From an uncultured euryarchaeote (lineage in GTDB: Archaea; Thermoplasmatota; Poseidoniia; Poseidoniales; Poseidoniaceae), in contig CALBRH010000027.1 in the NCBI GenBank assembly GCA_937899865.1, positions 1 through 23,511 on the forward strand: DNA of 23,511 nucleotides. Reading direction: 5' to 3'. The translations under genes were made by a program, and so were the position numbers. How positions within the stretch are numbered: the first letter of the stretch is position 1; each line of letters begins with the position of its first letter. The notes below the pieces were generated by a model. The model was given only the letters and a program-made list of their open reading frames with translations, was not told the DNA's origin and did not search any database. Of this stretch, positions 18,324-23,511 are shown one piece after another.

Positions 18324-19934
18324 TTAAACTGCACATCCAAGGCCTGTCATTAGGTTGTTGAGGTTCTTGTTCATCATCGATAGATAATCGTCGTTAGCAT
18401 CTGATGGAGCTTTTTCCATAGTGTACAGATACATGACTTGAACATTAGTAGCTTGTACAATCAAATCAACAGAACTTGCCTGCGTATACTCTTCGATAAA
18501 CAAGACATTGATTTCATCTTCATTTATCTTCGAAACAACCTTGTCTACATCTGCCAATGTTGGCTCAGCCTCAGGATCAAGACCGTGGACGGTGACGAAT
18601 TCAACACCATATCTTTCAGTGATGTATGAATATGCATTGTGATTAGCTGCAGCGGTTTTGTTGGTACAGGTCCCTGATGGGCCGAAAGCATTGACATATC
18701 CGACATGTATTTTATCAAGTTCAGCCATAAACGCATTTGCATTAGCAGTAAAAGTCTCGCTGCCGTTAGGGAATACCTCAATCAATGCATCAAGAACTAG
18801 TTGTGCTTGTGCTTTGAAAGAAATTGGGTCAAGCCAGCTGTGAGGATCATAATCGAATGCTTCCTCATCTTCATCCGCTACTATGGTTGAATCGCCATCT
18901 TCGTCATGTCCATCTTCGTCATGTCCATCTTCGTCATGTCCATCTTCATCATGTCCATCTTCATCATGTCCATCTTCGTCATGTCCATCTTCGTCATGGC
19001 CATCTTCATCATGTTCGCCGTGGTCATCACCGTGGTCATCGTCATGGTCGCCATGGTCATGATGGTGGTGAGCGTGCCCACCCATCATCTTCATAGCGGC
19101 CATATCGAACGAAGTTCTGGCCCACCAGCTTGTTTCAAACTCGACTACATACTCACCTTCTTCAAGATGGAAAACAGAGATTACAGTACCTAAAGGACAA
19201 CCAACTGGATTTTCGATTGATATCTCAGCTTCAGCATGCTTGTGGTCATCGTGGTCGCTATGGTCATCGTGGTCGCTATGGTCATCGTGGTCGCTATGGT
19301 CATCGTGGCCATCTTCGTCATGTCCATCATCGTCATGTCCATCTTCGTCACCGTGATCATGGCCACTGTGGTCATGACCATCGTGACTATTATCTGCTTC
19401 AGGTAAGGTTAGAGTTTGAACTCCTTTCTCTAAATGTATTTCTAATTGGGATGCATCCCCTTCATGACTCAACAAATTATTAGATTGCTTGTCACCTTCG
19501 GATAATTGCTCACACAAATCATTCACAAGCATGGTTTGATAATCGAGAGTTATCTCACCTGTTGGCATAGTGTGAGTCATGTATGACGGAGGCATATCCT
19601 CTTGGCTCAATGTACCATCTACCCAAGGCTCTAGTGCTAATCCGTGATAGAAAAATACATCACTCTCTCTTAATCTCTCCAAATCTTTAGTCGAAGGTTT
19701 ATAATCGTGAACTGGAATATTGGTAGTACTCATCATTTCAACTGTTGCGGTATCACCAACAATTGCTGATACAAGTTGTTCAACGTGATACGTTGAAGTC
19801 ATAATTTTTCCATAATATTCGTCACCAATGACGATTTCTTCTGTATCCTCATCTGAACCTGCAATACATCCTGCCAAGCTAGATAAAATCATAATCAAAC
19901 TTACAAATAGTGCTCTATACAACTTTTTGCTCAT
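18324..19934 (-). CDS. znuA: Zinc ABC transporter substrate-binding lipoprotein with a very long His/Asp-rich insertion
   Basis: Signal ending LAGC. Cluster A-I metal ligands in VHDYKP, DPHSWLDP, HNAYSY and FIEE. Two His-rich tracts (16 and 17 His). Start ATG 19934; the track's extension reads through the AT-rich promoter. Confidence 0.93.
   Translation of the reverse strand: MSKKLYRALFVSLIMILSSLAGCIAGSDEDTEEIVIGDEYYGKIMTSTYHVEQLVSAIVGDTATVEMMSTTNIPVHDYKPSTKDLERLRESDVFFYHGLALEPWVDGTLSQEDMPPSYMTHTMPTGEITLDYQTMLVNDLCEQLSEGDKQSNNLLSHEGDASQLEIHLEKGVQTLTLPEADNSHDGHDHSGHDHGDEDGHDDDGHDEDGHDDHSDHDDHSDHDDHSDHDDHKHAEAEISIENPVGCPLGTVISVFHLEEGEYVVEFETSWWARTSFDMAAMKMMGGHAHHHHDHGDHDDDHGDDHGEHDEDGHDEDGHDEDGHDEDGHDEDGHDEDGHDEDGHDEDGDSTIVADEDEEAFDYDPHSWLDPISFKAQAQLVLDALIEVFPNGSETFTANANAFMAELDKIHVGYVNAFGPSGTCTNKTAAANHNAYSYITERYGVEFVTVHGLDPEAEPTLADVDKVVSKINEDEINVLFIEEYTQASSVDLIVQATNVQVMYLYTMEKAPSDANDDYLSMMNKNLNNLMTGLGCAV
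18895..19014 (-). repeat. 8 x 15-bp in-frame tandem repeat (+ strand CCATCTTCRTCATGK) encoding (HDEDG)8 in ZnuA
   Basis: Eight contiguous units read directly, differing only at synonymous positions. Confidence 0.95.
19243..19350 (-). repeat. 3+ x 18-bp in-frame tandem repeat (+ strand TGGTCATCGTGGTCGCTA, encoding SDHDDH) followed by about 3 HDEDG-type 15-bp units
   Basis: Exact 18-mers at 19243, 19261 and 19279, a partial one at 19297, and 15-bp units at 19309, 19324 and 19339 (partial). Confidence 0.92.
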
Positions 19935-19998
19935 GTTTAATCCCTGTATAATTAAGTATTTAATAGGTTGTTGCCTAAAGTTATTAATAATATTTATT

Positions 19999-20015
19999 GT
20001 AATAATTATTATTAC
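19999..20015. promoter_or_regulatory. Perfect 8-1-8 palindrome GTAATAAT-T-ATTATTAC; candidate metal-regulator operator in the znuA/nikR-like divergent promoter
   Basis: Palindrome read directly. It lies 21 nt upstream of the regulator ATG, at the expected TATA position, in a 102-bp AT-rich divergent spacer. Confidence 0.65.
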
Positions 20016-20036
20016 TAAACGATAAGTCGGCACATT

Positions 20037-20483
20037 ATGAGTCAAATTATTTCATTTAGTGCAAATAACAAATTTGCTAACAGTTTGGATGACATGATTG
20101 AAGCCTCTGGATATCAAAATCGTAGCAGATTCTTGCGTGATGCTGCATTGCTATTCACCGAATTAAAACAAAGAGGTGATTTGGAAAACATGGATGATGA
20201 CGAGATATTAGAAGGTCACCTCATTGTTTACTATCAGCATAGTGCCGAGGGTAAAAGACATGGAATCGAACGTAAACTGATTGACTTGAGGCATTCAACT
20301 CTTCTTGAGGTTAATTCCTACAATCACAGTTGCCTAAAACATAGCCACTCTTGTGTTGATATTATGCAAGCAATTGGTCCAGCCAAAGCTTATCGGCATG
20401 TAATTGAAGAATTACAAAACACTCATTATGTCGACAAAGTGACTTTTGTTAGTGCACCAATGCGTGAAGAGGGATGTTGCTGA
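20037..20483 (+). CDS. NikR-family (ribbon-helix-helix plus metal-binding domain) transcriptional regulator
   Basis: GYQNRSRFLRD matches the NikR RHH (GYNNRSEAIRD). VYYQH matches YVYEH. His86/His97/Cys99/Cys106 align with NikR metal-site positions. Confidence 0.88.
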   Translation: MSQIISFSANNKFANSLDDMIEASGYQNRSRFLRDAALLFTELKQRGDLENMDDDEILEGHLIVYYQHSAEGKRHGIERKLIDLRHSTLLEVNSYNHSCLKHSHSCVDIMQAIGPAKAYRHVIEELQNTHYVDKVTFVSAPMREEGCC

Positions 20484-20501
20484 GCTAAGATTATTTTTCA
20501 A

Positions 20502-22382
20502 TTAATCTAAATTATCTTGACAGATTTGAGCAGTGCACATTACTGTTTCATAGTATTCCCGAGTGTCGGGGTCGAAGGTATCGAGTTGCAATGTCGAGCC
20601 CGCATCAACAACTGTTACTATGGTTGATGCAGAAGATGGAAGATAATCTTCCCCAGTACTGCGCAAAGTCAGTTTTATTGTATGTCCGGCTGGAACTTCT
20701 ACATCCATAGGGAAGAATTCCATCAGTGCAGTGATTTCTTCGAATACTGGAGTCCATGTTTGTTCATCATCGCCTCCTGCATGGTACCTAAGATCCATTA
20801 TTGCGTGGCCAATATGAATACAATTAGCACCATCACAGTCTTCAAGTAAAGCGTAAATTTGTCCACCTACATTTGCAGTATTAACATTAACATGTAAACG
20901 AGGTAAGCCACCAAAGTACAAGTCTTCTTCCAAAGGAGGTGTTTCATAAACGGGTCCAGAAGATGCATCGGGACGGATAATATTGCCGCCTCCAGTTGAT
21001 GCTAAATCAGCAGTACCTAACTCCAAAATAAGTTCAGTTGTTTCAGTCATTGGATAACGCTCTTCAAACCGCCATTGACCTTGATTGGATTGAATTTCAA
21101 CACCTAACCAAGGTTGAGGACCTTCTTCTCTCAAGTAATAAGTAAACCACTCAAGTAAGTCTTGCATCCAATCCATCCTAACCATTTCTGGGAAGGCTTC
21201 TATTCCACGTCCAACTCCACTTCTATCAAACATAATTTGTGGCCTATCTGGATAATCATGATCCCACTGTCCGAACAATCCTTTGGCTTCGATACCATTG
21301 TCATACAGACGATTTATGGTTGGTACAGCCATGTGTGGGTCGACATTCCAATCATGCATTCCTTGAATCAAATATACGCTACCGTTGTAATTTTCTAACA
21401 CTCGGTCAAGGAAATATCGCTCGCCCCAATAGTTGCCGGCTGCTTCACCGCCCCACGCCCATGCTGCGCCACCGGTCGCTGGACCTGCGATATAATCAGG
21501 ACACATATTGCCGGAATCTTCCAAATCACCATCGATTCCATAGGAGCCGTAAACGCCGTTGTGCATGATTGGTGCTCTCGCTTCACTACTGCCATTCCGC
21601 CACATTAATTCCATAACACCAATCAAACCAGATATTGGTACGATTGTAGTCAAATGCTCATTGCCAAACATTGCCGCTTGCCAAGGGGTTGAACCATCAT
21701 ATGATTTACCAATCATCCCAACATTTCCATTACTCCAATTTTGTGAGCCGAGCCACGTAACTGCTGCATCAACACCTAGTTGTTCGGCTGTTCCCATCAA
21801 ATCCATACAGTGATTTGAACGGCCAGTACCCATTACAGATACTTGGGCGAAAGCATAACCATGAGGAACTATTTGTTCAATAATCATGGTGCCTAGCCAT
21901 GTTCCTGGCTCTTCGATACCACCTGTCTCAACCGATGCTTCATCGAAATACGGGCCGAATTCAGCAATTACTGGAACTGTCGTATTACCTTCCATAACCG
22001 GTACCCAAACTGCCAAGCTAACCTTGCCATTTGGTGCTGCTCCACCTTCTTCCAATGGCAATTCAAATTCAACGAAGTGATGTGTTCCAAGCCACAAACT
22101 AGCGCCATCAGGTCCAGTTAACGAGCCATTTTCTAGGACGTATGAGTTTTGATCATCGGTATAATAATTCTCAAGATACCGCTCAGCGATTGGCGTATAT
22201 CCTTCCATGGATTCTTCAATTGCTTGTTCTTCTAACGGGGCACCAATAACTCTGCTCATTAGCAGAAAAACAAGTACTACAGCAACAGTTGCACCCAATG
22301 CCGCATTGAGTGAACGGGTTGCATCACTCTTTTTTCCGGGCCATTCTTCAACAAGTTCAGCCTCTAGAACCTGCCCGTCCAT
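20502..22382 (-). CDS. CocE/NonD-family hydrolase / X-Pro dipeptidyl-peptidase (S15), N-terminally membrane-anchored
   Basis: Nucleophile elbow GMIGKSYDG, GTGRS, candidate triad Asp (HDWNV) and His (QWDHDYP), C-terminal PepX-like beta domain, N-terminal TM helix. Confidence 0.9.
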   Translation of the reverse strand: MDGQVLEAELVEEWPGKKSDATRSLNAALGATVAVVLVFLLMSRVIGAPLEEQAIEESMEGYTPIAERYLENYYTDDQNSYVLENGSLTGPDGASLWLGTHHFVEFELPLEEGGAAPNGKVSLAVWVPVMEGNTTVPVIAEFGPYFDEASVETGGIEEPGTWLGTMIIEQIVPHGYAFAQVSVMGTGRSNHCMDLMGTAEQLGVDAAVTWLGSQNWSNGNVGMIGKSYDGSTPWQAAMFGNEHLTTIVPISGLIGVMELMWRNGSSEARAPIMHNGVYGSYGIDGDLEDSGNMCPDYIAGPATGGAAWAWGGEAAGNYWGERYFLDRVLENYNGSVYLIQGMHDWNVDPHMAVPTINRLYDNGIEAKGLFGQWDHDYPDRPQIMFDRSGVGRGIEAFPEMVRMDWMQDLLEWFTYYLREEGPQPWLGVEIQSNQGQWRFEERYPMTETTELILELGTADLASTGGGNIIRPDASSGPVYETPPLEEDLYFGGLPRLHVNVNTANVGGQIYALLEDCDGANCIHIGHAIMDLRYHAGGDDEQTWTPVFEEITALMEFFPMDVEVPAGHTIKLTLRSTGEDYLPSSASTIVTVVDAGSTLQLDTFDPDTREYYETVMCTAQICQDNLD

Positions 22383-22419
22383 GATGTGGCTGAGAACCTA
22401 CTCACTCATGAGATTGATG

Positions 22420-23187
22420 CTAATTTGTACCGTCAAGTAGAGTATGAAATTCAAGTAATCTGGCAAGTGCTGGTGCAGTTCTTGAACCAAACCAGGTCAA
22501 ATCTTCACCGTCAATCAGTTTGACAGTGGGCGCCTTGCCACCTGCCTTGACAATATTAGCGGCGATGCCATGTCCTTCTTCAAGCGTAAATTCATGCGGC
22601 TCACTAGTAAGCAAAATCAACTCGATATCATATTCAATAAAATCATCAACTGAAACTTCAGGATAACCATTGCTTCCTGGATGAGTATCGATTACATCAA
22701 ATCCGACTTCAGAAAGTATTGCGCCTGCATATTTTTGAGGAGAAACTGCCATCAAAGGCTCATACCAAATTAGCGGCACAGTTCTAAGGCTTCGGGCGGT
22801 TGAGTGAATTTGACTTAGCGAATCTTCACAAAGTAACGCTAATTGTTCACCAGTAGAATTACGACCACAGGCCTTGCCTAAGTCTCTTAGCATCTTAGGT
22901 ACATCTCGAGGTGATTCTACTTCACTAACAAAAATAGTAAAATCTTCATTTTGTAGAGTTTGATAGATTTCAAGTGGGTTTTCTTCTTTATCCATCACGA
23001 TAAGATCGGGTTCTAAGTTGCGAATTTTGTTAAGGTTTGGCGTCTTAGTACCACCAACTATCATGACTTGCTCGACCTTGTCTTTTGGATGTATACACCA
23101 CGGTGTTCGCCCAACCACCTCATCAGTGGTTAGCCCCAAATCAAATAGGGTTTGAGTTAGTGAAGGTACTAAACTCACTACTCGCAT
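22420..23187 (-). CDS. BtuF-like helical-backbone metal receptor (cobalamin/iron-complex binding fold), no signal peptide
   Basis: MRVVSLVPSLTQTLFDLG, VVGRTPWC, VGGTKTPN and LEPDLIVMDKEEN. Start ATG 23187. Confidence 0.82.
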   Translation of the reverse strand: MRVVSLVPSLTQTLFDLGLTTDEVVGRTPWCIHPKDKVEQVMIVGGTKTPNLNKIRNLEPDLIVMDKEENPLEIYQTLQNEDFTIFVSEVESPRDVPKMLRDLGKACGRNSTGEQLALLCEDSLSQIHSTARSLRTVPLIWYEPLMAVSPQKYAGAILSEVGFDVIDTHPGSNGYPEVSVDDFIEYDIELILLTSEPHEFTLEEGHGIAANIVKAGGKAPTVKLIDGEDLTWFGSRTAPALARLLEFHTLLDGTN

Positions 23188-23267
23188 AAAATTGCCTACA
23201 TGGAAGATACTGATTATTATTTCATACACCCTATAATTAATCTACAACAACGGTCAAGGATTATACA

Positions 23268-23511
23268 ATGGAATTGAAATTAAGTACCCTATTGATGATT
23301 TTACTTGTCCTTCTTTTGCCGCTTTCTGGCTGTTTTGGAGAAGACGAAAAGGAAGATGAAGAAGTTGAAGACTCCGAGCAAATCCAAGAAGAGATTTTGT
23401 TTGAGGGAGACGATGTTGGAGAATGCTCAGATGGTGCAGATAATGACCGTGATGGCATGTTTGATTGTGACGACCCAAACTGTGCAGGAGCTCCTGTTTG
23501 TAAACTAGATG
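23268..23511 (+). CDS. Truncated secreted lipoprotein-like protein with a Cys/Asp-rich motif; runs off the window and is absent from the ORF track
   Basis: Manual translation from ATG 23268 gives MELKLSTLLMILLVLLLPLSGCFGEDEKEDEEVEDSEQIQEEILFEGDDVGECSDGADNDRDGMFDCDDPNCAGAPVCKLD..., with no stop before the window end. Confidence 0.85.
   Translation, partial: MELKLSTLLMILLVLLLPLSGCFGEDEKEDEEVEDSEQIQEEILFEGDDVGECSDGADNDRDGMFDCDDPNCAGAPVCKLD

Noticed and set aside
18895-19350. Possible CRISPR array
   Set aside because: The units are contiguous with no unique spacers, are multiples of 3 nt, lie inside a CDS, and there are no cas genes.
18824-19483. Repetitive alternative-frame ORFs (RHVHL, MTKMD, MSIFV, RGRYGH repeats)
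   Set aside because: They are by-products of the in-frame 15/18-bp repeats of znuA, which lack stops in other frames, and have no independent coding signal.
19935-20045. N-terminal extension of ZnuA to 20045 (similar extensions on hisS, M14, the nucleotidyltransferase, znuC and the BtuF-like gene)
   Set aside because: The extensions read through promoter DNA or neighbouring genes, and family homology or the signal peptide starts at a downstream ATG.
23254-23508. Track ORFs 23254-23478, 23261-23458 and 23305-23508
   Set aside because: They are out of frame with, or antisense to, the convincing signal-peptide ORF starting at 23268.
1-23511. tRNA, rRNA, IS elements, prophage or defence genes, and programmed frameshifts
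   Set aside because: Spacers are short and show no such structure by eye, all large ORFs are intact and assignable to other families, and no split genes were seen. tRNAscan-SE and Infernal were not run.

Overview
This is a gene-dense chromosomal window (23 CDS, short spacers, several overlapping stops), most likely from a marine heterotrophic archaeon such as Marine Group II / Ca. Poseidoniales. That taxonomy is inferred from acidic secreted proteins, SGC/AGC lipobox-like signals, GAGGTG Shine-Dalgarno sites, TATA-like promoters and the gene repertoire. From left to right: hisS, an acidic membrane protein, an NSS amino-acid transporter and a membrane-anchored M14 carboxypeptidase (one minus-strand run); arsC; mscS; a possible dead maltokinase-like membrane protein; a zinc-ribbon membrane protein; a small HxHH membrane protein; a GNAT; a very short galactokinase converging on a sugar-phosphate nucleotidyltransferase; a Delta9-type fatty acyl desaturase; an Asp-box (BNR) secreted protein; a CobB sirtuin; a secreted hypothetical protein; znuACB; a divergent NikR-family regulator; a CocE/NonD-PepX (S15) hydrolase; a BtuF-like protein; and a truncated secreted Cys/Asp-rich protein missing from the ORF track. 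The best candidate for an undescribed system is the metal locus. The NikR-fold regulator has His89 replaced by Cys (His2Cys2, a zinc-type ligand set). It sits divergent to znuACB across a perfect 17-bp palindrome. The ZnuA carries two tandem-repeat His/Asp tracts (33 His) plus an unrecognised inserted domain. I found no RNA genes, CRISPR arrays or mobile elements. All family calls come from motif recognition by eye; no searches were run.
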